Part shown: one piece after another, positions 1 through 13,944 of the stretch
How positions within the stretch are numbered: position 1 is the first letter of the stretch
How the letters are laid out: each line of letters begins with the position of its first letter
Origin: Eledone cirrhosa
Lineage: Eukaryota
Direction: 5' to 3'
Assembly: GCA_964016885.1 (NCBI GenBank)
Contig: OZ024742.1
Coordinates: 67,208,001 to 67,272,000, forward strand
DNA length: 64,000 nucleotides
Made by a program: the position numbers and the translations under genes
Notes under the pieces: model-generated
The model's input: the letters and a program-made list of their open reading frames with translations, nothing else
What the model was told of the DNA's origin: nothing
The model's database searches: none

Positions 1-613
1 ACTCCTAAATCAGGTACTGTTTGCTTACACAAATAATGTTAAGCTTTTGGATAGATGATCGAACAAGGAAGTCACCTTTTTAACAGGCATTTAGTTCTAT
101 GCAAAGCTAAGGACTGACCGTTATCAAAACCCACGTTGGGTGTGATAAGGGAGACAATCCCTAGACTTTCCGGATGAATTCAGTATGTGTGTTATTGCAA
201 AATTGCAAAATATCACAAAACGAATTAAGCTCTCAACAGAATAGTTTTATAAATTAACAAGAGCTATTAATCAGTCAATAGAATTAACTAAAAAAAATTA
301 AAAAAATTAACTGGTTAATAGCTAGACTCTGGAGATTAATACAAATATAAATTAGCAAGAATCGCATTTCGGCTATTGGAAATTATCTAGCGTCTATAAT
401 AACGGTCTTTTTCTGTTCTAATGTATCCATCTTAACTTATATCCCTTGTGATTTAGAATTGTTATCTCACTTCCGATAGCGGCCTATACTAGTAAGTTTG
501 CGCTATGGTATGTCAATATCTTAACACCAAATATTATAATTTATCTCATGAAAGCACACTAAAATTCAGTATCCTTCAAATGCGTATAATAAAACAAATA
601 TGGTATGACATTG

Positions 614-1378
614 TTAATATATATATGAGGATCGATCAAGAATCCTTTTACTAAGTCTACCTAAATCGGACTTCGTAGGGTTAATAAGCCGAATAGAGGG
701 GTTGTTCGGAAAATTGGATTTGTGATCCTTCAGGGTAAAGTGGGGAGAAATAGGGTCCAGAGGATCGGTCCGGTCCAGGATGTTGAGATCAGAGGTGATT
801 TTAAACCCAGCATCGTTGATTTCATTGATGACGCACCGATTAGTTTTACGGTAATCCTCAGTTACAGCATTATGTAGGAGTTGATGGTAAGTACTGCGCT
901 CCACTTGATATAGGTTGCCAGTTTTGTCGGAATTGACGTGCACGGAATTAGAATCCTTAATAGAACGAATTATATTCTTCAGGTCCTGCTGGAAGGAATT
1001 GCTCCTTTCCGAAATTTGATACTCCGTATGAGTTCCAAGACATCATGTTCAAAGGGTAATAAACTCCTGATACAGAAAACAGACGCGTTCATTAAAAGGT
1101 TGCGTTGGCGTGCCTTTTATTTCGAAAATCCACGAAAAGCTGACAAAAAACAGGATAAATTTGGGTTTAAAACCTATAATAACCCTCCGTGTAACCCAGC
1201 ATTGCTACCCTTTGAAAATGATGTCTTGGAACTCATACGGAGTATCAAATTTCGGAATAGGAGCAATTCATTCCAGCGGGACCTGAAGAATAGAAGTCGT
1301 TCTATTATGGATTCTAATGCCGAGCACGTCTATTCCGACAAATATTTGCGCTACGGTTCTTATATATTTGATATATAG
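614..1378. mobile_element. Penelope-like element fragment (N-terminal ORF/RT start) with internal inversion
   Basis: + ORF 938-1378 has FIKRLRWRAFYF..FGFKT..FENDVLELIRSIKFR. - ORF 614-943 has SDKTGNLY..TLKDHK..PSIRLINPTKSDLG. About 920-1056 is a reverse-complement copy of about 1205-1342. Confidence 0.85.
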
Positions 1379-1557
1379 TTATCCTTATCGAGCCCTCTTT
1401 GGATTTTAGTCTTCAAATTTATTATTACTATATATATATATATATATATAAACGGAAAATCTGAAACGAAATTTCATTTCTCACTCTTAGTACGGCTGTT
1501 ACTTAAATATAAGTATGTACACGTACATACATATATGTATACAGACGTACAGTAGTA

Positions 1558-1621
<64 letters not shown>

Positions 1622-1763
1622 CATGCACACATATATACATGTACGTATGGATTCACCGAACATTTATTATAATGCCCGGTGTGTTTGTAAACAAACATCC
1701 AGAATTAAGCCGTACAGTGTCTAGCAACCGTCGTTGGTCATTTGTTCATCACTGACAAAGGAA

Positions 1764-1804
1764 CGCTGTACTAGTTTCAAGCTTATTAACTATCGTCAGC
1801 AACG
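1764..1804 (-). ncRNA. Minimal type I hammerhead ribozyme
   Basis: Minus strand reads cgttg-CTGACGA-t-agtt-aata-agct-t-GAAAC-ta-GTA-cagcg. Stem I cgttg/cagcg, stem II agtt/agct, palindromic stem III ACTAGT. Confidence 0.8.
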
Positions 1805-1960
1805 TATACCTTCCTGCCAGATAGTTGAACGTCTGAAAGTATATACTTTCCTTATGCATATTAACGGCTGATCAGCCTAATTCGCATATCGAGTGAGTTA
1901 ATCGGCCGGGGTACCGAAAACAATAAACGGAAAAAATGAAACGAATATATATATATTTAT

Positions 1961-2047
<87 letters not shown>

Positions 2048-2078
2048 TAGATAAATATATAGATATATATTTTTTAAT

Positions 2079-2722
2079 ATCTGGTAGAGAATGTTGAGAA
2101 GCCAGAGGGGATCACTAATGTAGGCGGGAAGCCGCTGGAATTGGTTGAGGACTTCCTGTATTTGGGAGCAAAGATTGGGAATACGGAAGATGATGTGGTT
2201 GAGAGGAAGAGCAAGGCCTGGGCGGCGTGTCACAGCTTGAGATCGGTGTGGAAGTCGGACCTTCGTAGAGACCTGAAAATCCGCCTCTTCATTGCTGTAT
2301 TGGAGTCTGTGCTGCTGTATGGGTCTGAGACTTGAACACTGACTAAGAGACTCACTCATATGGTGGATGGGTGCTACACGAGAATGCTGAGGATGGCTCT
2401 GAACATTAATCAGTATACACTGAGGATGAAAAACTCAGAGCTGTATGGGAGCATCCCAAAAGTCAGCTCAAAAGTGACACAGAGGAGACTGAGGTTGGCT
2501 GGACATGCTCACCGACATCCAGAGTTGACATTGCACTCAGTGCTCCTTTGGGAGCCCCTACATGGACACACTAGAAGAGGAAGACCAAGGTTAAACATAT
2601 GTTGATGCCTTAAGGACAGACACTGGTCTGTTGGAGATGCAGGATATGGCAGCGATAATGAGGGACAGAGACCGCTGGAGAGAACTCGTCCATGGATCTC
2701 GGAAATTTTACCCGCCTTAGAT
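2079..2722 (+). mobile_element. 5'-truncated RTE-type LINE (RT C-terminus)
   Basis: [48 protein letters not shown]. Has a premature stop, ends in (TAGA)/(TA)n and sits in (TA)n. Confidence 0.85.
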
Positions 2723-2743
2723 AGATAGATATATATACCTAAT

Positions 2744-2803
<60 letters not shown>

Positions 2804-2889
2804 AATAATAATATAATATATATATATATATATATATAAATCAGGAAAGAAGAGTGACACGGTTTGCTATACAAAAAAGGTTTTTTAAT

Positions 2890-3008
2890 CTCATTGCTGA
2901 CAATTGTTTCTCTGAACTGGTAGGTCTACAGATCGCTATACGCTTATTTTCACGTTACTCGATCGCCAATACAAAGTTATAACCAGTCAGTTCATCGGAG
3001 CTTGCGAG
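2890..3008 (-). ncRNA. Variant hammerhead (CCGATGA core, long stem II insert) in inverted Penelope terminus
   Basis: gct-CCGATGA-a-ctgactggt..accagttcag-a-GAAAC-aatt-GTC-agc. Stem I gct/agc is extended by ctc/gag. Confidence 0.6.
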
Positions 3009-4089
3009 AATGAAGAGAATATACAGGCTACTAAATACACAAGTAATGGCATTTAGTTAGAACAATAACAACAATATCAACAATGCTAGCAATAAATTAT
3101 TTGAAATAATCACAACATCAATCTAGGTGGGAAGTATAGTATATCAATGATTTTAGCGTGTAAAACTAGCTGACATGAGGCAGATGTATAAAATTGACAT
3201 GTAAAAACTGTCGTAGGGTGTATTATATCAAGTGTAAAGATAAGCTGGTGTTTTTAAACAATGTAGGTCACGTGGCCGTAATAGTCCTTTTTTATCTGAC
3301 CGATGAAGGATTTATCACTGTAGTGGTATTTGTGTGGTCTATATTAGATGAGAGGGCTGTCTATCGTTCTCATCCTCAATAACATACACGTATAAGACAA
3401 CACTAACAAAGCTAAATAATGGGCAAGATAATACAGAGGTTAAGGAGGCAATATATATAATATACATATATATACACACACACATGCACACAAACACACA
3501 TATATATATACACACACACATATACATACATACATAAATACAAAGAGAAAACATGTTGACTATAATTATAGCAAGAGGTAGGTAAAGTTCTGTTGTAGTA
3601 GTATTTTGAAATGTTCTTGGATTTAGGATCAAGTTCTGTCAGCAGCTGAGAAGACATAAGTTTATGGGTTGATGAGGTGCTTACAGACATTAGTGTGGTA
3701 TAGAACTAAGAAGGCTAGAATGTACTTAATGATAATATTTCTGTGGTGATTCGTGCAGAGTAGTGGGTATCCTAGTTGAAAGCTATGTTACGTCGGTTCG
3801 ATTCACGGAGGTTTAAATCATATGAATTTAGTGTCGATCCTGTGGCTGCAGAAGATAGATCTTTCTAACTTGTTGTTAAGTAGCCTTTTTACATTTCTAA
3901 GGATATACAGTAGTTCTACATCACATAGCCCACAGTGGGACATACCTGTACTATAGGTTTTAGCAGCCGATAACCTCGACCAGGTGATACTGTAGCTAGT
4001 GTTGTTGTCCTTCAGTTCCCTTATATTTTTGGCGAGTGTTGTAGAACCCATAAGTGCACGATTTTTCATCGAGTGCCTGTGCACATACC

Positions 4090-4980
4090 ATCTAAATAAA
4101 CTCGGAATTCCCGATAGGATCGATCCTCTAACCCCATGCAACCCCACATTTAACCTGAAGGATCACAAAAATAATGTTGAAACAAACCCTACTATTAGAT
4201 TAATATGCCCATCCAAGTCAGACATAGGCAAAATTAGCAAGAACATTCTAAATAGGGTAATCGCACAAATAAAGGGTAAACTAGAAATCAATTTATGGGG
4301 TAGCACTAACGAGGTGATTGAATGGTTCAATAACATACAAAATAGGTTAGACGTGTAACTTCATTGATATATACGACTACTATGCATCCATATCCCCAGC
4401 CACCCTAGATAAAGCGCTTATATTTGCCCGAAAGAAATCCGATCTTACCCCTGAGGAAATTGAAATAATAATAGCGGCTAGAAGGACTATCATAACATTT
4501 GAAAATAGCTTCTAGGTAAGAAGAGATAGGATAAACAGCTTCGATATAACAATGGGATCAAATGACTCTGCGCAAATCACATACATCGTGGGGCTATTCA
4601 TAGCACACAATCTACATAAGGAATTCAGTAACCTCCAAGGCATGGAAAGATTAAGAAAAAACATTAGAACATTCTTCAAAAAACTAGGCCTAAGTATTAC
4701 CTACGAACTGAACCATAAGAAGGTAAACTTTCTAGATGTGACTCTAAATCTAAATACGGGATTAATAGAACCTTTCCACAAAAATAACGAAAATATGACC
4801 TACATTAGTTATAACTCAAACCACCCCAAATCCATAATCAGATCCATAGCACGTAGTATTATCCCTTAGAATATCCCGCTTATCCTCAAACCTAGAAATA
4901 TGTAACGAACATGCTAACTATTATAACGCAGCATTACATAGGGCCGGACATAAAGATAAACTGCAGTATATAGCGAATAA
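4090..4980 (+). pseudogene. Penelope reverse transcriptase, disrupted
   Basis: LKDHK..PTIRLICPSKSDIGKISK, MGSNDSAQI, VNFLDVTLNL, SNHPKSII. Frameshifts and stops are present and the YRDD region is missing. Confidence 0.88.
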
Positions 4981-5077
4981 AGACAGCGTAAACAAACATA
5001 ATAGCAACTATACCAACCGCTCACACAAAAATAGAGGTAACTGGACTAGACCTAGAATTAGGCACGTAGCACCTAGA

Positions 5078-5902
5078 GTGAACGGTCAAAACACTAATAA
5101 CGTAAACCCAAGAAACAATAGAAGAATCAGAGAAAGAAAATACCTATGGTTCAACTCAATCTTCAACTCCTCTGTAAAAACCAGACTGCCTTCTACATTC
5201 TTTAAACTAATAGATAAACACGTCCCTATTTCACATAGATATCATAAAATACTCAATAGAAAGACTATAAAACTCTCATATTCTACGGCAAGAAATATAG
5301 AATCGCACATACGCAAGATCAACCACAGAAATATCTCTAGGGAATCAGCCCCACCTATGCGCAACATAGCACCAAATTATAAGCATAAACACATCACAGT
5401 ATCACAACCGCAAGCACATACAAGCGCGCAGCAGCAAAGCCCCAACGGGAATGAATCACAACCCACTTATAGCAGAGTACTAAACAGCAGTGTAGAAGCT
5501 GCACGAAATAACACCTCAAATTGTAACTGTCACCTAACGGATAGGTACCCATTGGCGAATAGTTGCCTCGATTCCAGGCTAGTGTACATGTGTACGGTCA
5601 AATCAGACAACTCCAATTGGCATTACATTGGATCCACCGCGGGTACTTTTAAAAAAAGATGGTATGTGCACAGGAACTCGATGAAAAATCGTGCTCTTAT
5701 GGGTTCTACAACCCTCGCCAAAAAAATATGGGAAGTGAAGGACAACAAAACTAGCTACAGTATCGACTGGTCGAGGTTGTCGGCTGCTAAAACCTACAGT
5801 ACAGGTATATCGCACTATAGGCTATGTGATCTAGAACTACTGTATATCCTTAGATATGTAAAAAGGCTACTTAACAGGTTAGAAAGATCTATCTTCTGCT
5901 GA
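5078..5902 (+). pseudogene. Penelope C-terminal region with GIY-YIG endonuclease
   Basis: CNC..C..LVY..YIGST..FKKRW..H..LAKKIW..LCDLE. Confidence 0.88.
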
Positions 5903-6221
5903 CACAGGATCGCCACTAAATTCATAAGATTTAAACCTCCGTGAATCGAACCGACGTAACATAGCTTTCAACTAGGATACCCACTTCTCTGCACGAATCA
6001 CCACAGAAATATAATCATTAAGTACATTCTAGCCTTCTTAGTTCTATACCACACTAATGTCTGTAAGCACCTCATCAACCCATAAACTTATGTCTTCTCA
6101 GCTGCTGACAGAACTTGATCCTAAATCCAAGAACATTTCAAAATACTACTACAACAGAACTTTACCTTCCTCTTGCTATAATTATAGTCAGCATGTTTTC
6201 TCTTTGTATGTATTATATGTA

Positions 6222-6273
<52 letters not shown>

Positions 6274-6281
6274 TGTGTGCA

Positions 6282-6330
<49 letters not shown>

Positions 6331-6787
6331 CTTCTTAACCTCTGTATTAACTTGCCCATTATTTAGCTTTGTTAGTGTTGTCTTATACACGTATGTTATT
6401 GAGGATGAGAAAGATAGACAGTCCTCTCATCTAATATTGACCACACAAATTCCACTACAGTAATAAATCCTTCATTGGTCAGATAAAAACCGACTATTAC
6501 GACCACCTGACCTACATTGTTTAAAAACACCACCTTATCTTTACACTTGATATAATACACCCTACGACAGTTTTTACATGTCAATTTTATACATCTGCCT
6601 CATGTCAGCTAGTTTTACAGGCTAAAATTATAGATATACTATACTTCCCACCTAGATTGATGTTGTGATTATTTCAAATAATTTATTGCTAGCATTGTTG
6701 ATATTGTTGTTATTGTTCTAACTGAATGCCATTACTTGTGCATATAGTAGCCTGTATATTCATTCATGCCTGTATATTCTCTTTATT

Positions 6788-6907
6788 CTCGCAAGCTCCG
6801 ATGAACTGACTGGTTATAACTCTGTATTGGCGATCGAGTAACGTGAAAATAAGCGGATAGCGATCCTGTAGACCTACCAGTTCAGAGAAACAATTGTCAC
6901 CAATGAG
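6788..6907 (+). ncRNA. Variant hammerhead (CCGATGA core, long stem II insert) in Penelope 3' terminus
   Basis: Same motif as 2890-3008, with one mismatch in stem I (acc instead of agc). Confidence 0.55.
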
Positions 6908-7125
6908 ATTAAAAACCTTTTTTGTATAGCAAACCGTGTCACTCTTCTTTCCTGATTTATTATTACTCCAAGTGTATACATCATAGGAATTACAGCGTAC
7001 TCGCAGCATCACTATGGAAACGCCTTGTTGAGTCAAACTTAGCCAAGCGTTGATATCATACACTACCCGGAGTACCATAACTGGACCACACCTAAGTGGA
7101 CTGCATATAACAATTATTTGTTACC

Positions 7126-7195
<70 letters not shown>

Positions 7196-7257
7196 GTGTG
7201 TGTGTGCATGTATGTATGTATACATACATACATACATACATACATAGATAGATAGAT

Positions 7258-8514
7258 TTCTTTATTTACCATAAAGGCATAAAAAGAAGGGACAAATACA
7301 AAGGGGGAGTTTACATATAATCGAGTAAAAAGGGTGTAACATGGAAATAATCGAAAATAACCTCAAAAGGGAGGGGACGTGATGGGGGTTGCACACACCC
7401 CCGAAAAAGTGTGCAATCCTTTGCCCGGGGAGCACATGGAGAAGGTGGTCCCCTCTCCTTTACTTCTTTACCTACAGGATGGTATACAGAGAAGGCCCAT
7501 TTACACGAGCCATTCTCGCCACTATCACCCACCTTTCATAAAACTGCCTGTGGCCAAGCACCTCTCTCTCCATTCTTATCCTTCTTCCGAAGTGATATCG
7601 GAAGAAGTAGACCAGACTATGGCCAGAGAGGAAGTTGCCTGACCTCAGACCTTTCAATCGTGTCCACCAAACAACCTCTTTCAACATGGCTATTACGCAC
7701 AGAAAAACCGCCTTTGCTTCCGTTGTGAAGAGGGGAGGCGGTTTTATTGTCATCACGGACTCGGCGGTCAATTTAATCGGCGCCACCCGCGACAGCAGTC
7801 GTTCGGCGTAGCCCCACAGATCAGCCACGCCCGGACATTGCACCAATGCGTGCGCAACGGTTTCTTCGTGACGCACGCATCTAGGGCAAATCTTTTTTGA
7901 GGGATCCCTGCCCGGGCGCCCGTGTCTGTAGAGCCTCTCTCGAACGGGTAGAGCCCCCCGGTAGCACTGCCAGGCCAGTGACTTCTGGAAGTTGTCCATT
8001 GGTCCTGGGCCGAAAGTCCTACCGAACAGGCTGGCCAGTTCGTCTTCTTCCATGTCCAGCGACTCTCCAAGGGTGTCATCGCCCCTGCTAGCCACCAGCC
8101 CTCTATAGAATGATAAGGTGGATTCTCCACCGATGGCCTGGCCCGCTTGCCAGAGAGCCCTGAGCGCCTGAGCACACTCAGTGTGCCAGTCTCCCAGTTT
8201 TCCGGATCTTTGCTTGACCCAGGACTGTAGCTCGGTGAGCGAGACGAGTCTCGGAAAGGCTCGTTTCACGAACGGAGCCCACACCGGTTGACCAGTGAGG
8301 AATACCTGTAGGTGCCGTAGCCTTAATGCGTGCCTACGCATCATCAACCACGGCATCCCCAGTCCTCCTTTCGAAGGTTGTTGGCAGCAGATGGATCTTC
8401 TCACCATAGGAGGACGCTTCTTCCAAAGAAATTGGAAGAGCATGCGTTCCATGGTGGTGAGTGTTTCCTTAGGGCAAGGCACGACAGTCAGGCGGTAGTA
8501 AGTGACGGACGCTG
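7258..8514 (-). mobile_element. 5'-truncated Tx1/L1-clade LINE (ORF2 C-terminus with zf-RVT-like region)
   Basis: Intact 351-aa frame with FLWKK..GGLGMP..ALPVRERL..CPRC..EETVAHALVQC. GC-rich, AATAAA at the 3' end, flanked by a duplicated TACATACATACATAGATAGATAGAT. Confidence 0.9.
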
Positions 8515-8525
8515 TACATACATAC

Positions 8526-8561
<36 letters not shown>

Positions 8562-8570
8562 TTATAGGGA

Positions 8571-8650
8571 AGGCGTGTGGCTGAGTGGTTAGAGAATTGA
8601 TTTCACAATCTTGAGGTTGTCAGTTCGATTCTTGGACCGGGCGAAGCGTT
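8571..8650 (+). mobile_element. tRNA-derived SINE head
   Basis: A box TGGCTGAGTGG and B box GTTCGATTC, no intact cloverleaf. Confidence 0.6.
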
Positions 8651-9969
8651 ATATATATATATACACATATGTCTATACATATATTTATATATATATATAT
8701 GATCATATACAGAGAGAGAGAGAGAAGGGAATATGTGTAGTTTGATGAAGATTACATTTTATTTAGTTGCTTAAATCTCCAGAATATTATCCGTACATAA
8801 TTTTCTTTATGAAGAATAAGGATAATCAAATAATTATTCACATGATATTTCTAATTTTACAAAGCTATCGTATTTTCCCCAATATATTTTCTCTTTTTAC
8901 ATTGACGTATCTTTATACGAAAGGAAATTTAGTTTTAAGAGAATATTAAATAAAATAACATAGCTACATCTGGATATATGTGTATTTGTGTGTGTTAGTA
9001 TGAGGAAATGTTAAACTAACACATGTTTCTACTCCTTCTGAGTGAATACTTCCTTGAGTACCTTCAACTTCCAAATGTATTCACAGTATCAAGTTAAGTT
9101 TGACAAGTTGGAATATGCGAAAATCATTTTGAAGAGCACATTAGAGGCGTATATTCTATTTATTCCTGCGAACTAGGTGATCTAAATGATAAAATACACA
9201 CATATTAGATATATGTATTTAATAATTCACAAATATAAGTTACCACGTTTTCGGGGGAATGTCTAAGAATAGCTCAACAAACATTTATCTCATCTTATAT
9301 ACACATATATATATTCAAATATCCTCTAGCATTTGTCTTTATGTATTTCATAGATGCCACGAAATGTAATAATATGAAATAGATATCAAAATTGACAATG
9401 GGGTTATTTGAAAATACGATAATAATGTATCTAACATTCAGAATGCTAACACATTAAATGTGAGTGTGTGTGTGTGCGTTAGTGTGTGTGTATTCATATT
9501 TACATGTTCGCAAGAGGGAGGTTTTTGCCAAGAGAAGTATGAATTGTGTTTTGAGGCAAAAAGAGCAAAGTTTACTCAGTAAAAGAAGAACTCGTTGAAA
9601 CGAGAAAATATGCAATACTTTTAAAATACCTAATACATATTTCCAAGAAATATGTTAGAAACAGTAAATAATATATATTACTGTAAATAATATATATAAT
9701 CTGCCCTTTGTGAAATATTTATTCAAGATTCGAAACCTCTTTCCACTATGATCGAAGTTCTTGTGAGTTTGCCAAAATGCTGCCGAAAATGTTGGCCTCT
9801 ACAATCCATTACGCGTATATGTATGTATGTGGATATATATTTTTATTTAGCATTATCATGTGTTAGGCTACGATTTATATGTGATGTGGTGCAAAAGAAG
9901 AAATGTGTGTAGGAACGTGATGGTGGAAGTTTATGCCTGAATAGATATATAAATACACACACACACATG

Positions 9970-10021
<52 letters not shown>

Positions 10022-10024
10022 CAA

Positions 10025-10074
<50 letters not shown>

Positions 10075-10821
10075 TTGACAATCTCAAACATTCTCTCTAA
10101 TTGAAAATAAGTTATTGACATAAACTTCATCATTTAGTATGCATACAGTAATCATATTGATCATAATATATATCTACAGCACAAAATTGTCTTCTATAAT
10201 TGGCCTTCTGAAATGGTCTTTACAACAAAAGAATCAAATCAATATAGAATCTTCTTCCTGTTATGAAAGTTAACGTTAAACTAAGATGTAGTCTACTAAA
10301 TATATTATACGGGGAATGTCGTTGTGGTTATGTATATATTATAATATTATATATGTTTTACGAAACCCAGAAATAAACACAAATGCAAAATAAGATTCAA
10401 CTGCTATTTTGCTGCATATTTCAAACATATTAAATTTAATTATATATGTGATCTTTTAGGATGTTTCAGTTTACATCAATCTATTGGGCAGCACTGATGA
10501 TCAAAGGAATACTATTTGAGAATATAACGTAAAATACAATAGAATACGGAAAATGCAATGAAATACAGAAAATACAATAGCATTCGGAATATAATGGACA
10601 GAGCCGTCTACAAGAAAAAGAAAGAGAACATATCACGTATTGAGGGTTACGCACAAGTCTAAAGGGCCGCTGACCACTATTTATGGATTTTTTACTTCAG
10701 ACCTAGAGATATATTACCCGACTATTAATTTCAGTGATCAATTATTATTGCGGTTGGGACTACAACTTTGAACATTTCAAATATCAATTTTTCCAATGCT
10801 TCCTAGACTAACGGTTTTGTA

Positions 10822-10861
<40 letters not shown>

Positions 10862-11123
10862 TTTTTTCTAATAACCAATTTTTCACTATCTTATTAATTT
10901 GTGTTTGAGACACGTTGGCTGAGGGCTTATGAAGGGAGCGGAAATATTTGTTTTCTAATCTCCTTACATCACCTAAATTTGTAAATCAGTGGCCGATCGG
11001 GGGCTACTATTGTATCAGATTCCAGTTGCTAATCACTTTACTGGGTCACCCGTCACAATCAGTCATAGCCGGCATGGACTGGAGTCGAATTCTGTCGATC
11101 TATTGGTTATTGATTAGGCAATA

Positions 11124-11234
11124 CCCGGTGATGAAGCCACATGCGCCGATTATGCATTGTTGCATAATATATGCAGACAGAGGGTGCAGTGCACACTACT
11201 GATGCATTAAGTGTGGCCGAAACTCGAGTGCGGG
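11124..11234 (+). ncRNA. Degenerate hammerhead with long stem II insert
   Basis: cccg-GTGATGA-a-gccaca..tgtggc-c-GAAAC-tcga-GTG-cggg. All three stems pair, but C3 and the cleavage nucleotide are non-canonical. Confidence 0.55.
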
Positions 11235-11375
11235 AACTAATGTAGGTACCCGTTTACGTGTGTTGCATTGAAGCGAATAACTATGTGTATACTCTGGGAG
11301 TGTATTTTGCATTACCTATTGAGTACAGTGAGATGCAACCGGTCCTGGCAGTGATACTGGGTCCGTCAAATTCTT

Positions 11376-11477
<102 letters not shown>

Positions 11478-11479
11478 AT

Positions 11480-11632
11480 AGGAGAAGAGTCAGGACCCCA
11501 CGGCTGAGCTCCGGCCGTTTCGACAGCTAGATCCGAACTGACTCTTTTCCTATTACCCACTCTACTATCCTAAGTATCGAGTACTATGGTGCGTTATTGT
11601 CCACCTGGTACCTTACCACACTTTCTTTGTTA
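11480..11632. mobile_element. Short non-autonomous element family A (Penelope-terminus-like) with 5' inversion
   Basis: Homologous to 18960-19150 and 21120-21202. (TA)n flanks. Carries a GAAACggc..gccGT hammerhead 3' half. Confidence 0.65.
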
Positions 11633-12630
11633 TATATATACACACACATATATTAATATATATATGTGTGCGTGTGTGTGTGTATGTATGTATGTATTTA
11701 TGTATGTATGTATGTGTGTGTGTGTTTGTGTGTGTATAAATATTTTCAAACCTAATATTGAGCTTTTACCGTTTCCATAGCACATTTAGATCTTCTCTTT
11801 GGATAATAGGAGAGTTGACACTATCAGAGGAACTCTATGATGAGCCCATTTACTGATGAAAATGTAGGAGAAACTTATTCAAAGATTAAAAGCAAATAGA
11901 TTGTGGATGTACTGGAAAGGAATTGGTCGCTTTTGTAAAAATAATTAATGTTTATGATATCGATATTGGCTGGAATCCATTTTCATGTGTTATACGTTAT
12001 GTAATTAGTAACGTTTTATGTCTCGACGATTGTGTTAATGAGGTATTATCACCAGTCTTAGTTTACATGAAAACTAAAAATTGGTAAATCTTTCAGCGGT
12101 TCTAAAAATAAACTATTTATGTTCTGGGAGATCATATTTTGCGTATATTCTGGCTGGGTTATTTGGGCTGCCCGGGGGCTCATACACCAAACGTATCAAA
12201 CTATTTTCACAGTAAAAATGTACCTTGAAAATGTACCCCTAAGTTAATTATGAATTAGAAAACTGTAAACACGTTCAACTGTTCAAAAACAGACTATATT
12301 CTTGTGGACTGATAAAAAGATTTAATTAAGTGAGAAAGTGATGAGTTTTACTGGTAGAGTCAATGGTAGCCCAGTCGCGCAATATATATATATGTATAAA
12401 TGCAAGTACAGCATATTCGAAGCTCGAGTCGCAGCTAAGCCGACGAATGCATTCAGCAGTGCAGCCAAGCACTCCACAAGGTATAACCCTCAGAGTAATA
12501 ACATACGGTTTAAAGGGCTTTGCAAATTGAAGATAGCGACCGGTAATTCAGCCGCGGAGACCGTAGCAACGAAAGAACAGAATCGCGAGAAAAAATACAT
12601 ATATATATATATATATATATATGTATAACT

Positions 12631-12744
<114 letters not shown>

Positions 12745-13339
12745 ATGGAATGGCACGGAAAGTATATTTAAGGATCTCATTTTTTCTTTCATAGACAATA
12801 TGTTCTTCACTCTGGTGGTTCTCTATCCCCTATAATTAAAGACATACCTCTTTGTGTATTTCTCTCTATGTACTTGCGCGGTTTTCTGCTAGCATGTGTA
12901 GTGTGTATATGTGTATTATACGCAAATACATATATGCAAATAGATATATGTAAATTTAAAAGTAGATTGACAATGTATTCTTCTTCCCCACCAATTTCTG
13001 AGATGGTCGTGGGGGCAGACTCCTTCTCAAACACTCCTTCTAGTGAGTCTGTCAGTAGCAAACATCTCTAAGTGATCCAGCTGGATCCCAAAGCTCATAG
13101 ATGTTATCCAATTATCTTGCTCAGGGGTCTCTTGCCGGTTGGTTTGGCCTGTAAAATGTGCCCAGCAATTCTTTACTGAGATATTCTAACCATGTATATG
13201 TGTGTAACAGGAAGGAAAGGGATACACACATATATGTCTCTAACTTAAAAACAGTGACACACACACACGTGTCTCTAATTTAACAACGCCGACAAACCCA
13301 CGTTCGCGCAGATACACACACTGTTCTATTACCACTCAA

Positions 13340-13780
13340 GTGCTTTGACCCGGCCCAACATCCGCTCAATTTTGTAACCGTCTGGGTTTCCAGAATTGAT
13401 CAGAAAAGACTTAACGATCTTACTCTGTGTACCTGGTCAAGAGGCAGGTGCCTTACCTGGGACGTCACAGTTAGTAACTCTTTTGCTTCTTCCCACATTA
13501 TGGATGCAGAGGTAAGGGAGAGAGCTACGGCATCCGCAGCTGAATGGAACAAAATCCTAAAATACCCTCTTCTGTCAGCTAACTACATTATCCAGCATGT
13601 AGCGTTCGAACGTTTCGGGAGTCGGGCTACTGACAGCGAGATTCTTATCTCCATTGGCGGCTCGCCAAACAGAGGTAACTGGTGATACTTGTGGGGGCAC
13701 TTGGTTGTTCCAGCACCTCAGCGTCGCCATCGCCCCAGATAACGCAGCTAGCGTGCTGGCCAGCCTCAAATATTATCAGA
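13340..13780 (+). mobile_element. CRE-like non-LTR retrotransposon 3' fragment (RLE endonuclease)
   Basis: GRCLTWDVTV..AAEWNKILKY..VAFERFG..LFQHLSVAI..NAASVL. Confidence 0.7.
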
Positions 13781-13944
13781 GAGGCTTCCCAGTGCTCCTC
13801 GCTATATTGCTATATTTTACTCTGGTAGCGGCTGGGTTTTTCCACTCTTTTGCCTGCATTTTGTTCTATGTGGTCTATGATGCGTGTATTACGTGCTTGT
13901 GTATTATTCTCTTTTTTTTTTTCCTCTTCTTTGTATATATTATA

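Larger units (their letters stand above)
2838..6958 (+). mobile_element. Penelope-like element with about 1.25-kb inverted 5' copy of its 3' end
   Basis: 2838-4093 is a reverse complement of about 5657-6958. RT fragments start at about 4090 and the GIY-YIG ORF is 5078-5902. Confidence 0.92.

Noticed and set aside
107-165. Hammerhead-like hairpin (CTGACCG-ttatca..tgataa-GAGAC)
   Set aside because: Multiple core mismatches, so it cannot be called.
8571-8650. Functional tRNA gene
   Set aside because: Only A/B boxes are present and the acceptor stem does not pair, so it is a SINE head.
11853-11880. CTGATGA..GAAAC
   Set aside because: No stem II or stem I pairing.
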